Shown here one piece after another: positions 22,579 through 37,122 of a DNA stretch of 64,000 nucleotides (position 1 is its first letter; each line of letters begins with the position of its first letter). The stretch lies in the NCBI GenBank assembly GCA_025558095.1, contig JAIVFI010000018.1, positions 658,380 to 722,379 on the forward strand. The letters are read 5' to 3'. Origin of the DNA: Hyaloraphidium curvatum SAG 235-1 (lineage: Eukaryota; Fungi; Monoblepharomycota). Below the pieces are notes generated by a model, which was given only the letters and a program-made list of their open reading frames with translations, was not told where the DNA came from and did not search any database. The translations under genes and the position numbers were made by a program.

Positions 22579-24245
22579 TCACTCGACCACCTCCACCTTG
22601 GCCATCTTCTCCAGAATCTCGGGCGTGAGCGCGTACAGCGCGTCGAAGAGCGCCGTCTTGAAGCTCCCCGGCCCCTGCACGGGGCCCTGGGCCACCGCCA
22701 TCTCCGCCGCGATCCCCATGGCCAGCACGCCGCCCGCCGCCGCGACCAGGTTGGCGTCCCATTCGAGGGCGACCCCCTTTGCCGCCCCCGCGAACGCACC
22801 GCACAGGGCCGCGGTGTCGCAGCCGGTGCCGGTGATCCTCCCCAGCCACTCGTTCCCGTTCGCCAGCTTGACCACCGCTCCGCCTCCCGGGGCGACGAGG
22901 TGGTCCACCGGCCCCGTCATGGCCACCGCCGCCCCGCTCTCCTTCGCCAGTCGCCTCACTAACCCCTCCGGGCCCGCAACCTCGCCCTCCGAATCCACGC
23001 CCCGCGACACGGGGCCGTCCGAACCAGCCAGGAACGCGACCTCGGCCGCGTTCCCCTTGATTATGCCCACGCGCACCCCCGCGACGATCTCGCGCGACAC
23101 CCGTTGGCGGTACGGGCTCGCGCCGGCGCCGACGGGGTCCAGCACCACGGGAAGGCCGAGCTCGTTGGCGCGGCGGCCGGCGGCCAGGAAGGAGGGGGAG
23201 GTTTCCTCGGCGAGGGTGCCGATGTTGATCACGAGGGCGCTGCAGATGGAGATGATGTCGGCGACCTCGGACATGCTGCGAGACAAGAGGGAATGTGAAC
23301 GTGGAACAGACATCGGAGCGACGGTCTGTACCTGTGGGCCATGATCGGCGAGGCGCCGATGGCGAGCAGCACGTTCGCGTTGTCGTTCATGACAACAAAG
23401 TTGGTGATCGAATGCACGAGGGGCCTCTTCTCCTTGACGGCGCGGAAGAGCGTGACGACGTCCTTGACAAAGGACTCGGCTTTGGGGCTGCGGCCCGGGG
23501 AAGCTGGCCCTCTCGGCACCGCGTCACCGGCAGCCAGGCGGGGCCGGACGATGGCAGCAAGCTCCTCCGTGGCCAATTTTGCGTCAGGTTGAGCCACGAT
23601 CGCAGAAACCACGGCCAGGCCGGCGAGACCGCGCTCAGGCTTGTCGCCATCGGCCGCCAGCTTCGCCCCTTCGAGCACGGCGGCCGCATTGTCCCTGCCG
23701 ATGCCACCGATCGCGACGATGGGGATCGGCCGCTTCCCAGCGGCGTGCTCCGCGTCCCTCAGCGCCGACAGGATGGCCTTGAGGCCTTCGATGCCGATCG
23801 AGCCCCCGCCGTCGTCGTAGACCTTGGTCTTTGTCGGAAACACGCCCGCGGTACCCAAATAATCGGCACCGGCGTTCAGCGCCTCGACGGCCTGCCTCGG
23901 ATCCTCCGCCGTCACGCCGATGATCGCGTCCTCGCCGAGCAGCTTCCGTGCCTGCGCGAGCGGCATGTCCGACTGCCCGACGTGCACGCCGTCCGCGCCG
24001 ACGGCCAGCGCGACATCGACGCGGTCGTTGATGAGCAGCGGCACGCCGCGGGCGCGGCACAGCGCGGCAATCTCGCGCGCGAGCTCGATGAACGGCCGCG
24101 TCGACGCGTTCTTCTCGCGGAGCTGGACGATCGTCGCCCCGCCGCGCAGCGCCTCGTCCACGACGCCCGGCAGCGTCCTGCCGGGCGGGACGAGCGTCGA
24201 GTCGGTGACGAGGTAGACGGAGAGGTCGAGCGGCGGACGGGGCAT
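22579..24245 (-). CDS. THI6: Thiamine-phosphate synthase (ThiE) fused to hydroxyethylthiazole kinase (ThiM)
   Basis: ThiE motifs [26 protein letters not shown] and AIGGI. ThiM motifs [32 protein letters not shown] and ITGTGC. One intron near 23280-23332. Confidence 0.94.
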
Positions 24246-24361
24246 CTCTTCGATGGTGAGGTTGCTGTCGATTCGCCGTCTCCCGCTGTTCCTCGCTCCG
24301 CACCCGCCGATCCGTCCGCACAAAGATATACGTCACGAAACAGAGCATCCACGAATAAGAA

Positions 24362-26617
24362 TCAAGTCTCCAGGTACTCCTTGATCTCCCCGTCCATGAC
24401 GAGAATCATCCTGGCCACCGATCTGCCCGGATCTCCCACAGCGAGCAAGCGCGGATCCAGCTTCCCGACGTCCGTCTCCAGCTCGGGCGCGGCATCCCCC
24501 AGTGGAAAATCTTCCGGCGCGTCGATGCCGGCCTCGAGGATTGTGCGCCTGAAGTTTTGCGCCACCTTCCGCACTGCCATGCGGACGAGGAGGTCAGCAA
24601 GCTCTGCGCGCAACCGCGAGCGAAACCCACTGAAAGGCCCGTGCCTCAATGCCAGCCAGTCCAGCGTTCTCGCTGCTACGGCCACATCGCCCTCCAGTCC
24701 GGTGGCGGGCTGCCCGGCCCTCCTCAGCAGCCCGATCACCGCGACCCCCAGCGATCCCATCCTCAGGCACGGCGTGACGAGCGTAAAGTGCGTGAGCTTG
24801 CACCACGGATCCCATGCGCGGATGCCCTCGAACATGCGGGAGATTAGGATGGCGTTCTCGAGTACGTGCACAAAGGCGCGCGAGGCGAAGACGGTCCCTG
24901 GTGCGGAAGACGGGACGGCGTCTGCGTCTAAGAAGTAGTGCTCCATTTGTAACCCCCGGATGCAGGTGCAGAGGACGGCTGCGAGAGCTGCGTGCGCAGG
25001 ATCCGCGAAGCTGGTGGCCCAGCCCTCGAGGAGCGGGTCTGGGTTGCCGTCGGCGAGGGGTTCCGCGATTCCGGCCGGGAGGGAGGAAAACACGGCATCG
25101 GCGACGGCGGTGAAGACCTCGACGAGGGACACGAAGGCCCCTTCCGGGGGGCTGCGGGCCTCGGCCGGCTTGGCGAAGCAGTCCAAGGGGTCGATGCCGA
25201 GCGATGCCGCAAAGGCACGGAGCTGGAACCGCATGCGGCGCAGCAACGCAATGACGACGACGAAGACGAGCTGCGAGGCGCGGATGCCGAAGAAGGGTTC
25301 GAGGAGGGAGCGCACGAGGAGGACGCCCTCTTCCGCGGAAGGATTGGAGAAGAACGGCCGGAAATCCACGTAGGCCGGGAGGGAGGTGCCGTTCGCACGT
25401 GCGGCAGCGAGCAAATGAAAACCGTACTCGGGATCAGGATGCAGGAAGTAGGCCTCGTGGCAAGGCAGCATCAGTTGTGCGCTGGAAAAGTCGCAAAGCG
25501 GTTCCTTGCGCAGCATGTAGGCGGCCGAGCTGTCGAGATTTGTGAGGGTGATCCAGGAGCGGACGATCATTTCTCCACGCAGCCACTCATCCCACCGCTT
25601 CTGAGGCTGTGACCACATGATGGAGCCATCAGGCAGCACGGCGAGCCTCACCAGTAGGTCGACCGAAAGCTTCATGAAAGGCAACACCTTTGATCCCAAT
25701 CCCGCCGGTAGGGCCAGGTTCCACAGCAAAGTCAACGTCTGCAGTGCCTCTAGGTCCGATACGGGCGCGGCGTTCCCCAGGTGGCCCCCGCGGGCAAAGA
25801 AGCCTGCGAGCAGCAGCTCGCTCGCTTTCTCGCAGAACAATCGGGCGTAGCGCAGACGGTCCATCTCGGGAAGGGCCACGTCCGGTTCAGGATCCTGCAG
25901 CCCGAGGGCAGCCATGGCGTACATCAGCGCCATGGGCTTTGAAGCTCCGTAGAAGGGGCCGCCGGGGGAGGCAAAGGCGCGTTCAAAGGCCGTGCGATGG
26001 ACGAACGACATCTTGCGATTGTACCCCGACCAGAACGAGTCCAAGGCGAGCAGCACAAGGTCGCTCGGGACGGTTTCGGCACCCGAAGCTATCGGGAATC
26101 CACCAGAGGGAGAGGGCGAGTCCAAAGTCGATGAATGTGTCGCTTGCGGGGTGTTGAACGGCAGATAGCCGGGGTGGGAGGAGAAGGAAGCGTCGGGGGA
26201 AAACGGCTTCACCGATTCCGCTCGTGTAGCCGCCGGCTTTCCAGCTGGCTTCAGGACGCCGGCAGACACGGTCGGAGAGTCCCGGAGGGCCCTGACTTCG
26301 CGTCCGCCCGAAGTGGTCCCTGCGAGAAAGGCCCTCCGCCGCGGCGGCAGCGGCGTCGGGTCCTCCGGCAGCAGCCCCGCACCCAACATCCTCAGCCGCT
26401 CCCGCTTGCGCCTCGAGACGGCAAAGTCCTGCGGCGTGCACGGCAGCGAGAACTCTTCGCACCGCAGGCACCGCCCGAGGGGGTGCGGCCAACCCGGCGG
26501 GATGTGCCCCGAGCCGTTCAATGGCGCCTCCTCCGCGCGCTCGCACTTCTTTTTCGCATCGGAACATTCCAAGCAGCTCGGAGGACGGTCTTCGCCCCTG
26601 CGGCCCGGATGCCCCAT
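24362..26617 (-). CDS. Zn(II)2Cys6 transcription factor with fungal TF middle domain
   Basis: CLECSDAKKKC-x24-CLRCEEFSLPC, FVHRTAF, LEALQTL and LPCHE. Probable in-frame intron near 24590-24650. Confidence 0.75.
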   Translation of the reverse strand: MGHPGRRGEDRPPSCLECSDAKKKCERAEEAPLNGSGHIPPGWPHPLGRCLRCEEFSLPCTPQDFAVSRRKRERLRMLGAGLLPEDPTPLPPRRRAFLAGTTSGGREVRALRDSPTVSAGVLKPAGKPAATRAESVKPFSPDASFSSHPGYLPFNTPQATHSSTLDSPSPSGGFPIASGAETVPSDLVLLALDSFWSGYNRKMSFVHRTAFERAFASPGGPFYGASKPMALMYAMAALGLQDPEPDVALPEMDRLRYARLFCEKASELLLAGFFARGGHLGNAAPVSDLEALQTLTLLWNLALPAGLGSKVLPFMKLSVDLLVRLAVLPDGSIMWSQPQKRWDEWLRGEMIVRSWITLTNLDSSAAYMLRKEPLCDFSSAQLMLPCHEAYFLHPDPEYGFHLLAAARANGTSLPAYVDFRPFFSNPSAEEGVLLVRSLLEPFFGIRASQLVFVVVIALLRRMRFQLRAFAASLGIDPLDCFAKPAEARSPPEGAFVSLVEVFTAVADAVFSSLPAGIAEPLADGNPDPLLEGWATSFADPAHAALAAVLCTCIRGLQMEHYFLDADAVPSSAPGTVFASRAFVHVLENAILISRMFEGIRAWDPWCKLTHFTLVTPCLRMGSLGVAVIGLLRRAGQPATGLEGDVAVAARTLDWLALRHGPFSGFRSRLRAELADLLVRMAVRKVAQNFRRTILEAGIDAPEDFPLGDAAPELETDVGKLDPRLLAVGDPGRSVARMILVMDGEIKEYLET

Positions 26618-27369
26618 TCCGAGTTGCGGAGGTGCGGGGTTCCAGGCTCGCCCGCCTCGGGCACCCCGTCACCCCTGCCAAAGGAAAACGGTCCCCCATC
26701 CCCGATGACTCCACAGATTGGAGTGCGCCATAAAGCGAGATACTTTGCGGAGGGGCCTCACATGTGATTGTCCTCTCCTTCAAAGAAGAACACCTGGCCG
26801 GAAGAATCTTGGAGCGTCACCCAACGTTCTAGTGTACACTTGTATCCGATTTCGATGGCGGCGGCCACCTAGGTCAGTGTGTCGGTTGCCGTAGAGAGAT
26901 TCACTGCCTTTCGTCGTCCCTCTCGCTGATTCACAGGAAAGCGCTCCAAATCTCCACAGGCTGACAAAGCGGGCAAACGACTTCAATCAGGGGCGATTTT
27001 GAGCGCACGTTTCTCGAAGTTTGACCTCCTACGGAACGGCCAGCTCCGAAGGGGGATTTGCCACCAGGACGCGAAGCATTGCGATCCAGGCCGCACCACG
27101 AATCAGGATGTTCGTCTGACATATCAGATTGCCGACAGTGTCAGTCGTAGATCCGTTTTCATAACCTGTCGTCCTGCGAGCGAACGCTCTAAAGTTGTCA
27201 GCAACTGCCCGTTGTCTCGCGGCATCGAATTGAGCCGACCCTCAACAGCCTGTAATCTGAACGGCCCCCTCTTCGGCCCCGCACCGGCCACGACGTCTGG
27301 GCGCATAGACTTTGTTCTCGAAGCCCGTTCCGCCTTTCCGGGGGGATTCGCCAGCGGGGGACATCTGTA

Positions 27370-28326
27370 ATGACTCCCGCGCCGCCGACCTTGTTCACTG
27401 TCCTTGTGCCCCCACGGGCACAGGTCGACCCCCTCGGGGTCGACGAGCCCGACGCGGATCGTCCGACAATCCCGCTGGCGTGCCAGCTGGACCGCCATCC
27501 CCGGCCCCTGTCGTCGGGGATCGTCGTACTCTGCCACGGGATGCTGGACAACCGGACGAAGCACCCCATCGCCCACCTCCGAGAAACGCTGCCTTGGGAC
27601 GTCGTGAGCTTCGATTTCAGGGGCATGGGAGAGAGTGGTGGGGACACGGCGTTTGCGAACCACGGCTTGGAAGGGGACGACGTCCGGGCCGTCGTGGAGC
27701 ACGTCGAGAGGGAGTTTGGAAGGATCATCTGCGTCGTTGGACATTCCAAGGTGGGGCGTCTTGCCGACCCCGTGGTGGATGAGCTGACCACGGGCCGTGT
27801 CGGGGTAAAGGGAGCTGTCGCAGTCCAAATCTGGGCCGCTCGCTATCCCGAGCAGTCCTCGCGTATCGGACGGATCGTCAGCCTGAACCCTCTGTACTAC
27901 AACGGCGCCGTCCCCGGCTCCCCGCCCCGGCCGGTGCGGACGGTGCCCTATAAGTTCGCCAGCTTCCGGCGAGGCCCGGCCGGGAACCGGAACGAGGTCG
28001 TCGACTTCATGGTCACGGAGGCCGGGCTGGACTACCGGAACCAGCTGGACATGGGGATGGTGGCGTCCCGTGTACCGAAGGACGTCGCGGTGCTGACGGT
28101 CATAGGCGAGGTGGACGATCTCACCACGTACGATCGGGACGCGCCGCTGTGGAGGGCAGGGTACGGGGCCAGGGACCTCACGATCGTGCTCCTGCCTGGC
28201 TGTGGGCACTACTACAAAGAACCGTTCGAGAGGGAGAGGTGCGAGCAGGTAGTGACGGAGTGGTTGGCAGAGCGCTTGCGGATAAGGGCGGGGGACGTCG
28301 GCGGACCCGCGGAGGCGAAGCTGTAG
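27370..28326 (+). CDS. Alpha/beta hydrolase, PTS1 -AKL
   Basis: VVLCHG and FDFRGMGESGG. The GHSKG nucleophile elbow is restored by removing the in-frame intron 27751-27810. C-terminal GH; ends AKL-TAG. Confidence 0.85.
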   Translation: MTPAPPTLFTVLVPPRAQVDPLGVDEPDADRPTIPLACQLDRHPRPLSSGIVVLCHGMLDNRTKHPIAHLRETLPWDVVSFDFRGMGESGGDTAFANHGLEGDDVRAVVEHVEREFGRIICVVGHSKVGRLADPVVDELTTGRVGVKGAVAVQIWAARYPEQSSRIGRIVSLNPLYYNGAVPGSPPRPVRTVPYKFASFRRGPAGNRNEVVDFMVTEAGLDYRNQLDMGMVASRVPKDVAVLTVIGEVDDLTTYDRDAPLWRAGYGARDLTIVLLPGCGHYYKEPFERERCEQVVTEWLAERLRIRAGDVGGPAEAKL

Positions 28327-28516
28327 AGGCAATCGCCTCTGGATGAGGTTCTAGCAGAAGTTCGAAGTCAAAGATTGATCCAAGGCGCGCATCGGTGACG
28401 GTTCCCGATCGGGCGCGAGGATCGACTCGACGTGTTTACCCGGCACCCGGTCCCAGAAGTTCCAAACTTCCACTCACTCTAACCCCGACCTCCGGAGGAC
28501 TCTCTACTCTCCCGCG

Positions 28517-30560
28517 ATGGCAAAACTCACGCCACACTCGCTGCTGTCGCTCCGCCATGACGACATTTTCCCGGGGACCCTCGAGTCTCTGGCGAAGCAG
28601 CCGTCCGTCTGCATCATTGGCGGGGGTCTATCGGGGATCTGTGCGGGGGTGCAGCTCAAGAGGAAGCTGGGCGTTGATAACTTTGTCGTCTTCGAGGCAA
28701 AGCAGGGATGGGGCGGGACGTGGGCCGACAACTGGTGAGAGAAGCGCCTTCGAGCTGCGGCGTCGTCTTCTTCCTCATCGACGCTCCGTGTCATCTCTTC
28801 TAGCTATCCGGGGGCAGCCGTGGATATCCCCACGGTCTTCTATTCGTTCTCGTTCCACCCGTCGAACCTCTGGGTCAACAACTTTAGCCGCCAGCCTGAA
28901 CTGAAGCTCTACGCCGAGTCAGTGGCCGCGGCCTATAACCTCGGACCGCACCTCCTCACCCGGACCAAAGTCGAGCGGATCGCCTGGGATCCAGTGGCAA
29001 ACGCCTACGACGTGACCACGCGCGACCAGCGCAAGGACGGCCTGACCAAGACCTGGCGCTTCGATTTCGTGATCTGCGGAGTCGGGCAGCTCAACGAGCC
29101 CGCGATGCCGGACATTCCCGGTCTCGACTCCTTCGCGGGCGACAAGTGGCACTCCGCCCGTTGGAGGGAAGACGTTTCGATCGAGGGGAAGAAGGTCCTC
29201 GTGATTGGAACCGGGGCTACTGGCGCGCAGTTTATTCCCGAGGTGGCCAAGGTCGCGGGGGACGTCACGGTGTTCCAGCGAAGCGCCAACTGGATCATCA
29301 GGCGGGACGAGCACCTGATATCGCCGTGGCACAAGTTCATTCTCAACTGGGTGCCCGGCGTCCGTCTCGTAGAGCGGTTCTACCCTTGGTTTGCTGGAGA
29401 CGTCCTGTTCTGGCCGGTACTCGAGCAGAACGAATTCTTCGCCAAGATGATGGAGAAGATGGCGAACGACCACCTTAAGCAGCTCATCCCGGGAGAAGAC
29501 GAGAAGAGCGTTGAGCTCAGGAAGAAGCTTACCCCAGACGTGGGTCTCAACACGGAACGGTTTGCCCGTCATCTGACGCTGGCGCTGCAGTACGCTTTCG
29601 GATGTCGCCGCTTCCAGTTCTCGAACACCTTTGCTCCCACCTTCCTCCGGCCCAACGCCCATCTCGTCACGGACCCCATCCTACGGATCGAGCCCAAGGG
29701 GGTCGTCGCGCGCTTGCCCGACGGCACCGAGCAGCTCTACGAGGGCGAAGTTTTGCTTCTCGGGACGGGATTCAAGGTTCACGACTTCCTGAGCACGCTC
29801 GAGGTGGTGGACGCGAAGGGTAACAAGCTGGCGGAGCGCTGGAAGGCACTTGGTGGCGCCGAGGCTTACTGTGAGCGCTCGTCTTTCACGTCTTTCACAT
29901 TTCACGCTTGCTCTGACCGTGTTTTTAGACGGAATTATGGTTTCCGATCTCCCGAACCTGTTCCTGACGTATGGTCCCAACACCAGTGAGGTCTCTTGAC
30001 ATGTTCCGCTCCTCTCCACTCACCCCCTACGAAGACCTCGCGAGTAACAGTATCATATTCATGATAGAGAATCAAGTAGAATTCGCCCTGAGGGCCATAG
30101 CGTACTGTGTACGCAATGGCGTGGCCTCTGTGGCCGTCAAGCGCGAGGTACAGGAAGCGTTCAACGCCCAGCTCCAGGAGGACATCTCCAAGCTTGTCTG
30201 GACGACAAACTGCACCAGCTGGTACAAGACTTCTTCGGGAAAGGTCACGAACAACTGGTCGGGCCGGACGTGGAGGTACATGCGCGAGACCGCGGCCGTG
30301 AGCTTTGGCTCCGACGCGTTCGAGCACCAGGTGGGACCCTGCTCTTCGTCCATCGTGTGCTGCATCCTAATCGGTTGGATAGGGCAAGTCGGACTGGAGG
30401 ACGCCCAAGGGGACCGGCTCGTGGTTCACGTCACCCGCTGGATTGGCCACGATCGCGGTGGCTTCCGGGCTTGGGTGAGCATCGCTGATTCTCTTCCGTG
30501 CCGTCGAAGCTGACGAGCTCGGTTCCCAGATACCTGGTCGCCAAGGTGCTGAGGAAGTGA
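28517..30560 (+). CDS. Flavin-containing monooxygenase (Baeyer-Villiger/cyclohexanone monooxygenase family)
   Basis: IIGGGLSG, GGTW..N.Y.G...DIP, FAGDKWHSARW (BVMO fingerprint), IGTGATG, FQRS, GTGF, PNLFLTYGPN and CTSWY. Multi-exon. Confidence 0.9.
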
Positions 30561-30682
30561 AGCTAAGCGTGTCTATTCCGGATGGAAAGCTGAGCTTGGA
30601 ACTAGAAGGCACACATATGCTAGGCATCGACTGGAAATCATCATTTCTTCAGCAAAACCGGAATACATTGCGAACTGGGGTA

Positions 30683-33466
<2,784 letters not shown>

Positions 33467-33622
33467 CGCTGTTCGGTAGCTTCGGAAGCGCGATTCAATA
33501 GCGCGTTTTCGGTGTTCTAGGGCCCTTTAGCAACTGTCGCCCAGTTGGGAAGAGAGTCCTTCCGCGACGCGCCGTGGCGCAAGTCAACCCGCGGTCAACA
33601 CTTCAGGGACTCCCCAGCGCGG
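33467..33622. promoter_or_regulatory. Putative compact bidirectional promoter between pta and ackA
   Basis: Divergent start codons at 33466 (-) and 33623/33668 (+), with lower GC than the flanking exons. Inferred from geometry only. Confidence 0.5.
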
Positions 33623-35175
33623 ATGAAGGGCAGCTTCCTGCGCTTAGCGACCCGCGGCTTAAATGCGATGCAGCGCACTGCCGTCGCGTCCGCATTCCGG
33701 GCGGCGTCGCGGGGGTTCCACGCGACCCCGGCCGCGGAACAGCGAACACGGAACACGAAGGTCATGGTCGTGAACGCGGGCAGCTCGAGCCTCAAATACT
33801 CGCTCTTCGAGAGCAGCGCGGATAATCTCACCCCGCTGATGACCGGGAAGGTGCGAAACGACCGAGAGGAGACGGCCGAGGGCCAACTCATCGTCTCTCC
33901 TGGACAGGTGGAGCGGATAGGCGAGAGCACGTCGAAGCTAAAGTCGAAGGCGCTGCTGCCGACCGGGGAGAGGAAGCTGGAGGTCGACGAGCGCATGGAG
34001 GACCACGAGGCCGCCATCAAGTACGTCATCGGGCAGATCGAGGAGTGCTTCTCGGACCATATCCGCGGTGCGTGCTCCGCACCCCTTCGCAGCACTGTCT
34101 GCTAATGGACGAGCCCCTGTAGAGGAAGTCGACGTCGTAGGCCACCGCGTCGTCCACGGCGGACCGAGCCACTCGGAGGCTGCCGTCATCGACGACGGCG
34201 TCCTCGCCTCGATCCAAAAGTACTCCGTCCTCGCCCCCCTGCACAACCCACACAACCTTGCCGGCATCCGCGCCTGCCGCAGCTTCTTCGCCGGCGTGCC
34301 GCAGGTCGCCGTCTTCGACACTGCCTTCCACGCCACCATGCCGCCCGAGGCGTACCTCTACGCCATCCCGCGCGAATGGTCCGAGCGGGACCTCAGGCGC
34401 TACGGGTTCCACGGCACCTCGTACCTGCACCTCGTCTCCCGCGCCGCGCAGCTCCTCCGCAAGCCGGCATCCTCTCTCAACCTGATCGTGTTCCACCTCG
34501 GCGCCGGCGCCTCGGCGTGCTGCGTGCGCGGCGGGCGGTCCATCGACACCAGCATGGGCATCACCCCGCTCGAAGGCCTGGTCATGGCCACCCGCTGCGG
34601 AGACGTGGACCCCGGCTTGCCCCGGATGGCGGGGGACATGTTCGGCCTGGACGCCGCGGGGGTGGACAAGGTGCTGAACGGGAAAAGTGGCGTGCTGGGG
34701 ATGTGCGGGGAGAAGGACATGAAGGCCGCCGAGGACGTGGTGCTGGAGTTGGATGCCAAGGGGGAGCGGGCGACGCCCGAGGAGAGGGACAGTGGGGCGC
34801 CGTACAGGACGGCGATGGACGTGTTCGTGCACCGGATGCGCAAGTACCTGGGAGCGTACATGGTGCACCTGGATGGGAAGGTGGACGCGGTGGTGTTTTC
34901 CGGAGGCGTCGGCGAGAACAGGTTGGTCCGCTGAACGATCGCGAAGACTCGGCTGACATGGGCATCGCGCCAGCCCGTACCTCCGCTCCCGCTGCCTCGC
35001 CAACCTCTCATCCCTCGGATTCGAGGTCGACGAGGCCAAGAACGAAAAGGCGCGGGGTTCCAAGGTGTTCGAGGACATTTCCGGGCCGGGCGCGAGGGTC
35101 AGGGCGCTGGTGATCGCGACGGACGAGGAGGCCAGCATCGCGAGGCAGAGCTTGGAGGCCATCGGTAGGCGGTGA
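33623..35175 (+). CDS. ackA: Acetate kinase, putative mitochondrial presequence
   Basis: VNAGSSSLK, GHRVVHGG, LAPLHNP, VAVFDTAFH, RRYGFHGTSY, HLGAGAS, DTSMGITPLEGLVM, FSGGVGEN and IATDEE. N-terminus (M)QRTAVASAFRAASRGFHATP. Alternative ATG at 33668. Three introns. Confidence 0.95.
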
Positions 35176-35291
35176 GATCGGAATACACCTTCTCAGGGCT
35201 CTCGGATCCGAGTAATCGATCGTTGCCGTTGCGGGAGGAAGCCGGGCCGATTCCAAACACCGGCAACGCGTCTCTTGCCTCCCTCCCCAAA

Positions 35292-36811
35292 ATGTCCACT
35301 GAGGCCACTGAGGTCCGCGTGCCGCTCGACACGGCTCGCCTGGAGCCGTGGCTCCGCAAGAACGTGCCAGGCTACAAGGGCCCCGTCACGGGATTGAAAC
35401 AGTTCTCCAATGGCCAGAGCAATCCTACTTACTCCTTCGCGGACGCCGCGACCGGCAAGAAATACGTCCTGCGCCGGAAGCCGCCCGGGGAAGCCATCTC
35501 CAAGACCGCGCACCAGGTGGAGCGCGAGTTCCGCGCGATGCGGGCGATGCGGGGCACCAAGGTGCCCGTGCCCACCGTGCACGCGCTGGAGGAGGACACG
35601 GGGGTGATCGGGGCCGTGTTCTACGTCATGGACTTTGTCGAGGGTGCGGGCATCACCGTCGTGGCGGGGAAGGGGGGCTGACCCGTACCGGCCGGCAGGA
35701 CGGGTGTTCGCGGACCCGAGGCTGCCGATGCTGCCCGAGGGCGAGCGCAAGCAGGCGTGGTACTCGTTCGTCCGCACCATTGCCGCGCTCCACACCGTCG
35801 ACTTCAAGGCGGTCGGCCGTGGGTTTCTCGTCTTCCACACGAGCGCGGGATCATCGCTGACCCCATTTCTGTCAGTCCTCGGCCAGCCCGGCTTCGACCG
35901 TCCTGGCAACTACTTCCAGCGCCAGCTCAAGACGTGGTCCCTAATCGAAAAGGCCCAGGCTGCCGTCAAGTTCCCCGACGGACGGCCGGTGCCCCCGCTG
36001 CCGCACACGGCGGAGATCGTGGAGTGGCTCAAGAAAAACGAGGTGCCAGACGAGGTGTGCCTGGCGCACGGGGACATCCACATTGGGGTGGGCGTGGCTC
36101 TCTGTTGGCTCCGCAGGGAGGCGCTGACGGATTTCGGCCAGAACGTGATGTTCCACCCCACCAAGCCCGAGGTGGTCGCCGTGCTCGACTGGTCTGTGGC
36201 GTCTGGGAACCGGTGCGCGATCGGGCACTGACTGGGTGGCCTTCAACAGGGAACTCGCGACTCTCGGGCACCCGCTCAGCGATCTTGCCAACTGGTGAGC
36301 TGGCCGTGGCGCCTTTGGCAACGACTCGTCACTCAATAAGCCCCTTGCAGCCTCCAGCACTACTTCACGCCCTTCGACCCCGAGTGGTGAGGGATCCGCC
36401 CCTCCCTCATATCTATCGTGGCCGGCTGATCACCTATTGATTCAGGGCCGGGGATGTCAAGACCGGCATCGCGGACGTGGACCCTGCGACCATCGGACTG
36501 CCCACGTTCGACGAGCTCGTCAAGGTCTACTGCGAGGCGGCCAGCCGGAAGCCGTTCCCGGACTCGGCGTGGGACTTTGCGAAGTGGGTGGTTGCCGGAT
36601 CGACGGCCCCAACGGATGGAGCTGACCCGTGGCCAGGATCTTCACCTTCTGGAAGTACGGCATCGTCTACCAGGGGATCACCGCCCGCTTCGCTTCGGGC
36701 CAGGCCGCCAGCCCGACTGCCGGCTCCTTCGCCAAGATGATCGACCGGAACGCCAACCTCGCCATGCGGGCGATCGCGGAAGCCGACAAGCGTCGGGGCT
36801 CCAAGCTCTAG
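35292..36811 (+). CDS. Aminoglycoside-phosphotransferase-like kinase (ACAD10/11 N-terminal-like), PTS1 -SKL
   Basis: QFSNGQSNPTY, YVLRRKPPG, AHQVERE, FYVMDFVEG, HGD and AVLDWE. Many short exons; ends SKL-TAG. Confidence 0.9.
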
Positions 36812-37122
36812 GCAGGCCGGGGAGGTACCGGATCGGCTACTTTTCCGGCCCGGTGGTCGCCGGTGGCGCGGGTGTTGCGCCTCCGCGTCACGGCCCAAGC
36901 GCGAGGGCGTTTTCGGCAAAGTGCATCCGCGGCCCGCGGGTGGGAATCGGGAGTCCGATCTATGTAGTTGGAATGACAGGCGAGCTGGTTGCATCGAAAT
37001 CCGCGCTGGTATGTGCACCGGTGCGGAATCCCCCGATGAGATCCGTTGGGGCGCGCAAGGGCACCGGACCGGGAAGGGTCACGCTTTGACCGGGCCGACT
37101 TCCCCCACCATCCCCCGGCACG

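Noticed and set aside
20580-24360. TPP riboswitch near the thiamine genes
   Set aside because: I found no CTGAGA...ACCTGAT-type aptamer core by eye in the introns or flanks. An Infernal RF00059 scan would settle it.
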